Source: Pristiophorus japonicus (Eukaryota). Taken from it: a DNA stretch of 64,000 bases. The position numbers and the translations under genes are program-made. The notes beneath the pieces are model-generated. The model was not told the DNA's origin, ran no database searches, and saw nothing but the letters and a program-made list of their open reading frames with translations. The stretch is taken from NCBI RefSeq assembly GCF_044704955.1, contig NC_091985.1, positions 216,628,001 to 216,692,000 on the forward strand, in the 5' to 3' direction. This document shows positions 37,381 through 49,346 of this stretch, in pieces. Numbering within the stretch: the first letter of the stretch is position 1; each line of letters opens with the position of its first letter.

Positions 37381-38410
37381 TCAGTTTAGGATTGCCTGTG
37401 ATTTCAGTGGGTACTGTCGGATAGAGGGCCAGTCCACATTGCCCTGCAGTGGGATCTCAATCGGATCAATGGGAGTATAATACACTTGGGAGGGGTCCTC
37501 TGCCCACACATGAGAATCCACATAGTCAGGTATGCCAGAGCCAGTATGATGCTGCAGAGTCGTTAAGACCTTCTCGGGGTCCCCGTGGAATTGGACTGTT
37601 CGGCCATGTTTTACAATTTGCACATCCCGGCTGGTAGGGTCAGCCTCGTCTATCGCCTGGCGCACCATAACTCCCAAATCTTTAGCGTGGTGGGGCTCTT
37701 TTTTCAACCACGCTGCCCCTCGCTGCAGCAGGAACGCCATCTTGCCTCTGTCCTCGAGGTCGACTGCCTTGATCCTTCTCTTCCGCGATTCTGCCACAAC
37801 CGCTGGAAGGGTACCTATGAAATTGATCTTCTTCCCCAGGAGTCCTGCCACTGGAGCTGGGAAGGTATTTTTAGATCGTTCCAGTCGGATCATTGCCACG
37901 CAGTCGTGATGGATGGTCTGTGCCTCAGGTGCTGCACTGATCTGTTCTCTGGTGCCTGGCCCAAGCAAAGGTGAGATTTTGCTCTGCCTCTGAGCATAGG
38001 GGACATCGATTGCTGGAGTGAAGAGGTCTTCCCATTTCCACTGGGATCGTATGCTAGGGTCACGTGATAGGGTGCCTGTGGCAGGTCCAGAGACCACCAC
38101 TGAGGGGTTCTAGTGGTATACTGCCGCTTAAGGGTTCCCTGTTTTACAATAATCCCATCATCTCCACACTCCAAATGCAACTGGAATTTGCAGAGGAGGT
38201 CTCTAGCCATCAAGTTACAGTCCAGATTGGTTGTGATAACAAATCGATGTTCCACCGATTCTTCCTGGTAACCCATTTTAACCGTTTCTGACACCAGGAA
38301 TGTAGAGACTTGTCCCAGGAATCCTGACAGTCCCTGTGTTTCAGTGAAGGTGGGGAGTTTAAGCTTTGATTGTACAGAAGACATGAAGGCTCCCGTATCT
38401 ATCAAGAAGG
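37381..38410 (-). pseudogene. pro: ERV protease + disrupted 2H-phosphoesterase-like region + first residues of RT
   Basis: IDTGA aspartic protease, NLMARDLL; HVTLAY and PHHAKDLGVMV; QYPLK (RT start) joins directly to the connection domain. Confidence 0.75.
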
Positions 38411-38441
38411 GTTGCCACTCATTCCGAATATTTTAACAATA

Positions 38442-39038
38442 TCATCGGTTCGTCGTCCGGGGAGGGTCCCTGCGTAGTCCATACGAATCGGGGGACGGTT
38501 GGCCAAAGGGGTTGTTCTGGGAGAAGTTAGTGTAAGATCCCCGTCCTCTCCCCCCTTGCCTTCCTCCTCTTCCTTTTTTGTGCTGACGGGAGGGACAATT
38601 TCTATTCCAATGTCCTTGCCCACAAATAAAGCATCCATCTCGTCTTTCCCAGCCCCGACCTCTTCCCATACCAGGCCGGAGACAGTAGGGCGGTCCGTAA
38701 TTAGCAGGGCCCGGGCCATTTGGGTGTTTGATATAACCGTATCCCTGTTTATCCACCCAACCCTGCACGCAATACTGCAGTTCCATCTGGTATCTCCTTG
38801 GCTCAGGTTTTGGTCCTTCCACCCGAGGCGGCTCCATACTGATGGGCTTCTGAAGGGTCGTGGTGAGAGCATTAAAGATAGCGTTTAGGCGATCCTGGAC
38901 ATTGTTAGGGTGAGCAACCACCAATGCATCATGAGTAGCACGTCCTAGGTGAGTTAGAAATCGGGCATGCTCAGTTGGGCTCAGGGTTTGCTTTACCAGG
39001 GCCCACAGGTCCCTTGATTCTGCATTATATCCATGCAT
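38442..39038 (-). pseudogene. gag: ERV gag remnant (capsid part + nucleocapsid)
   Basis: Zinc knuckle CFICGQGHWNRNC in an RG-rich context. Confidence 0.75.
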
Positions 39039-39558
39039 GTCGAGGTCACTCCGTGAAATCGGAGGTCAGGGTTAAGTTGGGTTTGTGGATCCCTTTCAGC
39101 TTATTTATCTTAGCCTTTTAACTCTTCAATTTGTTTTGTTTGAGTATCTATTTCTTTCCTATTAATTTTTGGATCCATGATTGATCATCTATCCCTATCT
39201 AGCTCTAACTATCCCTACTTTCCGTGTCGCCGCACGGATCTACTCTTTCCAAGTCGCCGCTTGGTTTGCGTCACCACGCAATACTTACCTATTCTAACCT
39301 ATCTTTCCAAGTCGCCGCTTGGTTTGCGTCACCGCACAATTTCCCTATCTCAATCCCTATTCTAAGTTTGAAAGGTATTCAACAGATTGTCCTGGATCTC
39401 GTTCAGACACGACCTGAGAACCAGCGAGTGGCTAAACTTTCCTCAGACTTTTGAAACCGGGGGAAACTGGAGCAGTATTGAAATCATACTCACTCCAGTG
39501 GCCACTTTCCCCTCGTCTCGTCCAAGGCTAGTCTGGCTCTTAATTCGCAAGTTTTCGG

Positions 39559-39575
39559 TCCCACTTCTGACACCA
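39559..39575 (-). promoter_or_regulatory. Primer-binding site complementary to tRNA-Leu 3' end
   Basis: Minus strand TGGTGTCAGAAGTGGGA, 2 nt after the U5 end (...CATTTACA at 39578); complementary to the vertebrate tRNA-Leu end TCCCACTTCTGACACCA. Confidence 0.85.
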
Positions 39576-39648
39576 AATGTAAATGAAGATTCTTTTCTCT
39601 CAATCTGGTTCAGCAAAATTACTGAAACGAATACCGTTTGTGCTTTAA

Positions 39649-40596
39649 AAACTGACAGGTCCAAATTAAAACTTACACACTCATACCAGAAACTGACAGG
39701 TATAGGTTAAACACACACTCACATCCCAGAGATGGGCAGGTAATAAAATACACACTCATGTACCAGAAACTGACAGGTACAGAATAAAATACACACTCGC
39801 ATACCAGAAACTGGTAGTGTTGATTCTTGGATTCTTTTACCTCAATCTGGTTCAGCAAAATTACTGAAACGAATACCGTTTGTGCTTTAAACAAAGCAAG
39901 CTTTTATTTAAAAAGCAAATCCCGATCGGGGACCTTATCAGACAGAAGGAATGCAAGTGTGTTCGAACGCACCCACTTCCTACGGACAAAGTGACATTAC
40001 ATTGTAAAGGGACGATGGTTATACATTTTCGGCAAAAGATAACAAGATAGGGCTAGAGTGACATCCTAGTCCAGCCTATCCCTTTTGATCCCTCTTTCCC
40101 TTTGTCCACTCATAAGCCGACCTAAGTATGGTCTGATTTTAAACAAAGACCTTCTGTTAATGTTTCAGGTTAATAACATGATTTAATAAGACCTTGAGGT
40201 TTTTCTGCAAGCTGTGGGTTTTGTTTCAATATGTGTTAGTGTTGTAACATTTCGCAGTCTCGAGTCTGAGATGTCATGGCTATTCCTCCGTGAATTCTTT
40301 GTCAGCTTATACTGTCCCTATACAATTCCCACGTTCTCAACTTCAATGTCTCTATACATTTTTAAACATTCACATTCCCCGCTTTTATCATTCCATGATA
40401 ACACTTAGGATCATTCTAGGAGTTTCGCATTCATCCGTTCACAGTCTATTTCCTGAATCATATTGTTGTTGTGTCGAGTAGTTCTTTAGTTCGTTGGATC
40501 ATAACTTGGGAGCCCTTGACCACAAGAGGGTTTGCTAACCTTGCCATCATTACTTTACAACAAAGGTTAAGGCAACCAACAATTAGATAGGATCTC
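39649..40596. repeat. ~948-bp direct duplicate of 34229-35176 (minisatellite flank + 3' LTR + PPT + env tail)
   Basis: Constant 5420-bp offset; roughly a dozen substitutions across the LTR part by eye. Confidence 0.92.
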
Positions 40597-41329
40597 TTGG
40601 TACCAGGAGTGGAACATTCACAGTAGGTACAGCTTAAACCCCACACTCGCATACCAGAGATTGAAATGTATAGAATAAAATGCACACTCACATATCATAA
40701 ACTGACAGTTACAGAAAAAAAGAACACACTCACATACCAGAGACTGACGGGTACAGAATAGTAACCCACACTCATATAGCAGATACTGACAGGTACAGAT
40801 TACACCCTACACTCATATATCAGAAACTGACAGGTACAGATTAAAATACCCACTCGCATATTAGAATCTGATATGTACAGATTACACCCCACACTCACAT
40901 ACCAGACACTGACAGGTACAGGATAAAACCTACGCTCACACATCAGATACCGACAGGTACAGATTAAACCCACACACATATGGCAGAAACCGACAGTTGC
41001 AGAATAGAAACCCACACTCACATACCAGAAACTGACAGTTCCAGATTAACCCCACAGGCATACATCAGAAACTGACAGGTACAGAATAAAGCCCACAGTC
41101 ATATACCAGAAATTGACAGGTACAGATTAAAGACCACACTCACATACCAGAAACTGATACGTGTAGATTAAACCTCACATTCACATACCAAAAACTGACA
41201 GTTAGATATTAAACCCACATTTATATAGCAGAACCAAGAGGAACCCCAGAATAAAATCCACACTCACAAAGCAGCTGACAGGTGCAGATTAACCCCACAG
41301 CCATACCAGAGACTAACAGGTACAGAATA

Positions 41330-42968
41330 TTTATTCATCGGCAGTCCCTCGGAATCGAAGAAGACTTGCTTCCACTCTAAAAATGTGTCCTTAGGTGACT
41401 GAACAATACAATACGAGAACCACAGTCCCTGTCACAGGTGGGACAGATAGTCATTGTGGGAAAGGATGGATGGGACTGGTTTGCCGCACGCTCTTTCCGC
41501 TGCCTGTGCTTGATTTCTGCATGCTCTCGGCAATGAGACTCGAGGTGCTCCACTTAGGGCCGTCTTTGGCCAGGGACTCCCAGGTGTCAGTGGGGATGTT
41601 GCACTTTATCAGGGAGGCTTTGAGGGTGTCCTTGTAACGTTCCCTTTGCTCGCCTTTGGCTCGTTTGCCATGAAGACGTTCTGAGTAGAGCGCTTGCTTT
41701 GGGAATCTTGTGTCTGGCATGCGAGCAATGTGGCCTGCCCAGCGGAGCTGATAAAGTGTGATCAGTGCTTCAATGCTGGGGATAGCCCGGTCAAGGACAT
41801 TAACGTTGGTGAGTCTGTCCTCCCAGGGGACATGCAGGATCTTGTGGAGACATAGTTGGTGATATTTCTCCAGCGACTTGAGGTGTCTACTGTACATGGT
41901 CCATGTCCCTGAGCCATACAGGAGGGCGGGTATTACTACAGCCCTGTCGACCATGAGCTTTGTGGCAGATTTGAGGGCCTGGTCTTTGAACACTTCTTCA
42001 GACGGCCGAAGGCTGCACGGGTGCACTGGAGGCGGTGTTGAATCTCATCGTCTTCTCTTGTTGATATGGCTTCCAAGGTATGGGAAATGGTCCATGTTGT
42101 CCAGGGTCGTGCCGTGGATCTTGATGACTGAGGGGCAGTGCTGTGCGGTGAGGACAGGTTGGTGGAGGACCTTTGTCTTACGGATGTTTAGTGTAAGGCC
42201 CATGCTTTCGTACTCCTCAGTGAATACGTCGACTATGTCCTGGAGTTCAGCCTCTGTATGTATGCAGATGCAGGCGTTGTCTGCGTACTGTAGCTTGATG
42301 ACAGAGGTTGGGGTGATCTTAGATTTGCATGCCAGACACAGAATTCCACAGATTCACAACCCTCTGGGAGAAGGAATTTCTTCTCCCAGAGGGTTGTGAA
42401 TCTGTGGAATTCTCTGCCCAAGGAAGCAGTTGAGGCTAGCTCATTGAATGTATTCAAATCACAGATAGATAGATTTTTAAACAATAAGGGAATTAAGGGT
42501 TACGGGGAGCGGGCGGGTAAGTGGAGCTGAGTCCACGGTCAGATCAGCCATGATCTTGTTGAATGGCGGAGCAGGCTCGAGGGGCTAGATGGCCTACTCC
42601 TGTTCCTAATTCTTATGTTCTTATGTTGGACCTGGCCTGGAGTCGACGAAGGTTGAACAGGTTCCCACTGGTTCTGTAGTTTAGTTCCACTCTAGTGGTA
42701 AGCTTGTTGACTGTTAGGTGGAGCATGGCAGCGAGAAAGATTGAGAAGAGGGTTGGGCTGAAATCGCAGCCCTGTTTGACCCCAGTTTGGACATGGATTG
42801 GCTCTGTAATGGATCCGTTGGTAAGGATCACGGCCTGCATCTCGTCGTGGGGCAGACGGAGGATGGTGACTAACTTTTGGGGGCATCTGAAACAAAGGAG
42901 GACGCTCCATAGACCCTCGTGGTTGATAGTGTCAAAGGTCTTTGTAAGGTCGAAGAAGGCCATGTGCA
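41330..42968 (-). mobile_element. 5'-truncated RTE-clade LINE (BovB/RTE-like) with nested CR1 fragment
   Basis: RT motifs (FFDLTKTFD, GVKQGC, YAD) and C-terminal LLYGSGTW, QLRWAGH; possible 12-bp TSD AGGTACAGAATA (41318-41329 / 42969-42980). Confidence 0.88.
42340..42626 (+). mobile_element. CR1 3' fragment with a fold-back 5' end, inside the RTE
   Basis: TTCTTATG tail; perfect 34-bp inverted repeat at the 5' junction. Confidence 0.85.
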
Positions 42969-43173
42969 AGGTACAGAATAAACACCACACTCACATACTA
43001 GAGAGTGACAGGTACCGATTAAAATTCACAATCACATAACCGAAACTGAGGGGTACAGAATAACCCCCACAATCATATACCAGTAACTGACGGGTACAGA
43101 TTAAACGCCACACTCATATACCAGAGATAGACAGGTACAGAATAAAATATACACTCACATACCAGAATCTGAC

Positions 43174-43331
43174 ACCATCAGTTCCCGGGAGATTTAGACC
43201 GCCGTGCGCCTGCTGCTGCTCAGGGAGCTGGCCAAGCACGCCGTGTCGGAAGGGACAAAGGCGGTGACCAAGTAAAACTCCACACTGTCCTGACAGAACA
43301 AACCCCAAACACAGCGGCTCTTTTAAGAGCC
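43174..43331 (+). pseudogene. H2B: Histone H2B 3' fragment with stem-loop
   Basis: TISSREI*TAVRLLL..KAVTK* (nonsense change and 15-nt deletion); stem-loop GGCTCTTTTAAGAGCC at 43316-43331. Confidence 0.88.
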
Positions 43332-44199
43332 ACCACAACCTCTCTGAAAGAGCTGCACAAGCGCATCACCCTTTAGACTCAATTTACTGTAATTATTTCC
43401 TGAACATGTGTGTTTGAGAACCTTTGCAGTTCCAGCTGTGGATTTAGTTTTGATTTCTCATAAGCAGCTTCACTGTCCGGTTCGTCGTTAGGCCGCTGTT
43501 GATATTCAAGCTACAAACACGGTTCCTTGTCGCTCGTTCCCATTTACAGCGCCTGTCGAGGAATTAGGAGCTTGTTTAGGGGATGAGACTCACATTTCAG
43601 TCACCTCATTCTCTCGCAAGCCCTTTTCGAGTTTATTTTTCAATTCCTGTTGTGGGCCAATCCGTTTATTAATCCGGGACTCCCCGCAGTGTAAAAACCG
43701 AGAATGGGAGTTCGTACAGAGACCAGAACGGGAGCACTGTGAACACTCTGTCCCTCTTCCCTTTTCAGAGAAGGACTTCCAGTTCTGGTCTCACTTCCCC
43801 CTGTGCGGAGGATCGATCCATGATCTGTGATTCCCAACTTTTACACAGTTTGAGCTGGAATGTATCCCGTTACAGAGTCAGTGGGGATTGATTGCCGTCC
43901 GTTACAGACAGATTGACAGTGAACGCGAATTTAATCCTGATTGTAACAGTCTGGAATTTATAAGGGAAATATGGAATAAAATAAAAGGAAGTAAAACCTG
44001 TTTGTAAACTTTTGGCTAATGGTGAATTTATTAACATAATCCGCACTTAAAAAAATTATTGGCGGTGCTTTTGAAATTAAAAATCGTTCGAGGTCTGACT
44101 GTTGACAGGAATTTCCGCCCTCGTTTCATTGGTGGTCTCAACAGACAATGGGTAAGGCGAGAGATTAACATTCAGTGGTGATTTGAGTAAAGAATCACC

Positions 44200-44470
44200 A
44201 TGACTGGATGAGGAGGCAAAGGACTGGGTAAAGGCAGAGTCAAGCGAATCTCGGGCCTGATCTACGAGAAGACCCGCGTGATACTGAAGGTTTTCCTGGA
44301 GAATGTGATCCGGGATGCGGTCACCTACACTGAGCACGCCAAGCACAAGACGGTCACTGCCATGGATGTGGTCTACGCTCTGAAACAGCAGGGCCGCACT
44401 CTCTATGGGTTCGGCGGCTGAACAACGTGACCTTTCCCCCAAGCACAACACAAAGGCTCTTCTCAGAGCC
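44200..44470 (+). pseudogene. H4: Histone H4 pseudogene (early TGA, internal deletions) with stem-loop at 44455-44470
   Basis: ATG ACT GGA TGA; the N-terminal region is largely deleted; C-terminal H4 coding runs to TGA at 44419-44421. Confidence 0.9.
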
Positions 44471-44676
44471 ACCCACCGCCTCACAGAGAGAGCAGTGACC
44501 CGGGGAACGGGGCCGAGATAGTTGATTTACATTTTGTTCTGCAAAGATATGTTTTTTGCCAAGATCTATATTGTGGTGTTAGGTGTTTTAAATCAGCATA
44601 TACTCATAGTTTTCGAATCATAGACATTTACGGGGTATTCCAGATGAAGGTAATACTGAAACAACTAATGTAGTTA

Positions 44677-45965
44677 GAACATAAGAACATAAAAACAGAA
44701 GAAATAGGAGCAGTGTAGGCCATACGGCCCCTCGAGCCTGCTCCGCCATTTAATACGATCATGGACTCAGATCTACTTCCCTGCCCCATAAACCCTTATT
44801 CCCTTATCGTTTAAGAAACTATGTTTCTGTCTTAAATTTATTCAATGTCCCAGCTTCCACAGCTCTCTGAGGCAGCGAATTCCACAGATTCACAACCCTC
44901 AGAGAAGAAATTTCTCCTCATCTTAGTTTTAAATGGGCGGCCTCTTATTCTAAGATTAAGCCCTCTAGTTCTAGTCTCCCCTAGCAGTGGGAACATCCTC
45001 TCTGCGTTCACCTTGTCAAGCCCCCTCATAATCTTATATGTTTCGGTAAGATCACCTCTCAATCTTCTGAATTCCAATGAGTCGAGGCCCAACCTACTCA
45101 ACCTTTCCTCATAAGTCAACTCCCTCATTCCGGAATCAACCTTGTGAACTTCTCTGAACTGCCTCCAAAGCAAGTATATCCTTTTGTAAATATGGAAACC
45201 AAAACTGCATGCAGTATTCCAGGTGTGGCCTCACCAATACCCTGTACAACTGTAGCAAGACTTCCCTGCTTTTATACTCCATCCCATTTGCAATAAAGGC
45301 CAAGATTCCATTGGCCTTCCTGATCACTTGCTCTACCTGCATACTGACTTTTTGTGTTTCATGCACAAGTACCCCCAGGTCCCGCTGTACTGCAGCACTT
45401 TGCAATCTTTCGCCATTGAAATAATAACTTGCTCTTTGATTTTTTTCTGCCAAAGTGCATGACCTCACACTTTCCAATATTATACTCCATCTGCCAAATT
45501 CTTGCTCACTCATTTAGCATGTCTATGTCCTTTTGCAGAATGTTTGTGTCCTCACACATTGCTTTTCCTCCCATCTATGTATCGTCAGCAAACTTGGCTG
45601 TGTTACACTCAGTCCCTTCTTCCAAGTCGTTAATATAGATCATAAATAGTTGGGGTCCCAGCACTGATCCCTGTGGCATCCCATTGGGTACTGATTGCCA
45701 ACGTGAGAATGAACCATTTATCCCGACTCTCTGGTTTCTGTTCGTTTGCCAATCCTCTATCCATGCTAATATATTACCCCCAACCCCATGAACTTTTATC
45801 TTGTGCAGTAAGTAACCTTTTATATGGCACCTTGTCAAATGCCTTCTGGAAGTCCAAATACACCACATCCACTGCTTCCCGTTTATCCACACAGTTCGTT
45901 ACATCCTCAAAGAATTCCAGCAAATTTGTCAAACATGACTTCCCCTTCATAAATTCGTGCTGTTT
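44677..45965 (-). mobile_element. 5'-truncated CR1 in the H4-H2B spacer
   Basis: CR1 RT and C-terminal ORFs. The empty site is visible in the paralogous spacer at ~56050-56075. Confidence 0.9.
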
Positions 45966-46339
45966 CATCCATGTTACAGCAGTGGCAGATAAGAAAGGTG
46001 TTGAATTAAACGATGGGAAGAAGGCAGCATCAGGGCGGAAAGACAGTGAGGGCCCCTTGCCCTCAAAGAAGGACTCCCAAATCCTGATCAGAAGTGACCC
46101 TCAGGCAATCTCGGTTACAAACCGGTCAATGTCTCGAACATGTAAAAATCTAGATCGACAAACACAGCAGCGAGTTTGCTGTTCAGATATATATACAGGA
46201 AAAAACGTGAAGCTCATAAGTCCGGCCGTCATTAACCATTTTTACTTGAGAGCAGAACAGAAACATAAAGAACAGAGTACAAATCGGGAGGGAATGCAAT
46301 TGATGACCTCATTCAAGAATTTGAGATTGTGGCGAGCAA

Positions 46340-46495
46340 TAAATCTGATTGGATGTTTAAAGAGACCAATCAGAGAGATACAGAACAATGTCAAATTGAC
46401 AACGCAGCCAATGAGCCAATCACAGTCATTGCCTTCACCAATCCCTCATTAGCATAGGGCTGTGTGCGGGCTGTGGGGCTGCCTATATAATGCTC
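46340..46495 (+). promoter_or_regulatory. H2B promoter: CCAAT boxes, octamer variant ATTAGCAT (46448-46455), TATA (TATATAA ~46484)
   Basis: Motifs are visible and repeated in the second H2B promoter (56330-56475). Confidence 0.75.
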
Positions 46496-46542
46496 GCCTG
46501 GAGCAGAATTTCCTTCATATCTGTGCCTGACTGAACAAGACG

Positions 46543-46917
46543 ATGCCTGAGGAAAAGAAACCAGCTTCGAAAAAGGGTGCCAAGAAAGTTATCAAGAAAA
46601 CACTACCAAAGGGCGGCAAGAAGCGCCGAAAGTCGAGGAAGGAGAGTTACTCCATCTACATCTACAAAGTGATGAAACAGGTTCACCCCGACACCGGCAT
46701 CTCCTCCAAGGCCATGGGCATCATGAACTCGTTTGTGAACGATATTTTCGAGCGCATCGCGGGTGAGGCTTCCCGCCTGGCCCATTACAACAAGCGATCC
46801 ACCATTAGCTCCCGGGAGATCCAGACCGCCGTGCGCCTGCTGCTGCCCGGAGAGCTGGCCAAGCACGCCGTGTCGGAAGGGACAAAGGCGGTGACCAAAT
46901 ATACCAGCTCCAAGTAA
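46543..46917 (+). CDS. H2B: Histone H2B (replication-dependent)
   Basis: Intact 124-aa H2B with stem-loop and HDE downstream. Confidence 0.97.
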   Translation: MPEEKKPASKKGAKKVIKKTLPKGGKKRRKSRKESYSIYIYKVMKQVHPDTGISSKAMGIMNSFVNDIFERIAGEASRLAHYNKRSTISSREIQTAVRLLLPGELAKHAVSEGTKAVTKYTSSK

Positions 46918-46955
46918 AACTCCACGTTGTCCTGACAGCAAACCCCAAACACAAC

Positions 46956-46997
46956 GGCTCTTTTAAGAGCCACCCACAACATCATTGAAAGAGCTGC
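46956..46997 (+). terminator. Histone 3' stem-loop + U7 downstream element
   Basis: GGCTCTTTTAAGAGCC followed by ACCCA, and GAAAGAGCTG downstream. Confidence 0.92.
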
Positions 46998-47875
46998 ACA
47001 AACACATCACCCTTTAGACTCAATTTACTGTAATTATTTCCCGAACAAGTGTGTGTGAGAACCTTTGCAGTTCCAGCTGTAGATTTAGTTCTGAATACTC
47101 ATAAGCAGCTTCACTGACGTTCGACCTTGGCGTCGCTGGAATTTCCTGCAGAGTCAACTACAAACACGTCCCTGGTCGCTTTCCCTTTGTTCTCAGACCC
47201 GTTCATTCACAGCGCCTGCCGACGAATTTATTTTGGGGGGCGGGGAAACTCTGATTTCAGTCACATTCTCACTCAAGCCCTTTTCACGTTTTGTTTTATT
47301 CCGTTGCGCTCAGTCCGTTTATTAACCCGAGACTCCCCGCAGTGTAACAACCCAGAATGGGAGTTCTTAGAGACTAGAACAGGGGCAGTTTGAACACTCT
47401 GTCCCTCTTCTCTTTTTGCAGAAGGGCTCTCAGTTCTGGTCTCACTCCCACAGCAGCTCCTGTGAAAAGAAGTTCACTTTTACAAAGATGGAGCTGGAAT
47501 GTGTCCCGTTACAGAATCAGTGGGGACTGAGTCCCGCCCGTTACAGACAGTTTGAAACTGAAGCCGAATTTAATCCTGATTGTTACAGGCCAGAACTTGC
47601 AAGGGAAACATGGAATAAGACAAAAGGAAACAAATTGTATAGAAATATATGACTAATGGTGAAGTTACTAACATAATCCGCAATTTTAACAATTATTGGC
47701 GGGATTTTTGAATTTTAAAAATCGTTAGATTCTGACTGTTGGGAACCAGTAATTTCCGCCCTCCTTTCATTGGTGGACTAAACAGGCTGTGATTGGTCAT
47801 CGGAAACGGCTAATGAAATCCACGACAGAGTGACCAATCACAAGTTCGCTCCCTGCATCCCTCCAGAAGCTATAA

Positions 47876-48319
<444 letters not shown>

Positions 48320-48349
48320 AGCGGACAAGATTTAATCTAATAACCCAAA

Positions 48350-48365
48350 GGCTCTTTTCAGAGCC
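48350..48365 (+). terminator. Histone 3' stem-loop (H2A)
   Basis: GGCTCTTTTCAGAGCC followed by ACCCA. Confidence 0.92.
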
Positions 48366-48751
48366 ACCCACAGTATCTGTGAAAGGGCTGCTTACTGTAT
48401 TATTGGAGACCTTCAGTTCTGGTACCGATAAATTGGCCTGTTTCAGACCTGTATGCAGGAGTTTTCAGTTTCTGGTATCTGCATTACGGTTTTCTGCTCA
48501 CGCAAACTGTTCTAGTTAGCAGCTAATAATTAAACTACAGTTGTTAGAGACTCAAAACTTGTATAAATACCGCAACCGGTTCCTTAAATATTCTCTAGTT
48601 TATCAATGATAGCTGTATGAAGAGAGTCGGCGGTTATTAAAAGGGCCTAGTTTAATTCTGGTCTGGTTTGAGAGTTTGAATGCTGGCTCTGTTCCCGGGA
48701 GATCCGGCCGTTCCCGGGCTGTGTCTTTCTCTCCTTAGCCGACCAGTTTCG

Positions 48752-48954
<203 letters not shown>

Positions 48955-49023
48955 TAGATATTTTCGCCAAGGTCCCTATGTTTTAAATCAGCATATGCAC
49001 GATGGATGGTATATCCTTTTAGT

Positions 49024-49346
49024 TTCAGAATTCTAGACATTTATCATCGAAGCTTCCAGCACGGAAGGAGGCCACTTCGGCCCATCGTGTCCGTGCCGGC
49101 CAACAAAAGGTAATCCAGCCTAAACCCACTTTCCAGCTCTAGGTCCGTAACCCTGCAGGTTACGGCACTTCAAGTGCACATCCAAGTAGTTTTAAATGTG
49201 GTGAGTGTTTCTGCCTCGACCACCCATTCAGGCAGTGAGTTCCAGACCCCCAGCCTCTGCGTGAAGAAATTTTCCCTCTAAACCTTTTGCCAATTAATTT
49301 AAATTTATGTCCCCTGTGCTAAGGGAAATAGGCTGTTTACGGCACA
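49024..49346 (-). mobile_element. CR1-type 3' fragment (its 5' end is the segment duplicated at the Tx1 insertion)
   Basis: Homologous to the tail at ~27270-27555. Confidence 0.7.

Larger units (their letters stand above)
34398..40622 (-). mobile_element. Defective endogenous retrovirus (class I, epsilon/gamma-like), RT-deleted, with 4-bp TSD GTAG
   Basis: GTAG at 34394-34397 and 40623-40626; LTR TGTGAATG...CA; PBS, PPT, gag knuckle, protease DTGA, RNase H, integrase and env ISD in minus-strand order. Confidence 0.9.
33630..43172 (+). repeat. ~40-42-bp minisatellite (CAGATTAAACCCACACTCATATACCAGAAACTGACAGGTA) in blocks 33630-34397, 39649-39817, 40623-41329 and 42969-43172
   Basis: Tandem units visible directly; the array is interrupted by the provirus and the RTE LINE. 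Confidence 0.92.

Noticed and set aside
39559-39575. tRNA-Leu gene
   Set aside because: Only the 3'-terminal 17 nt including CCA, beside the LTR; it is a PBS.
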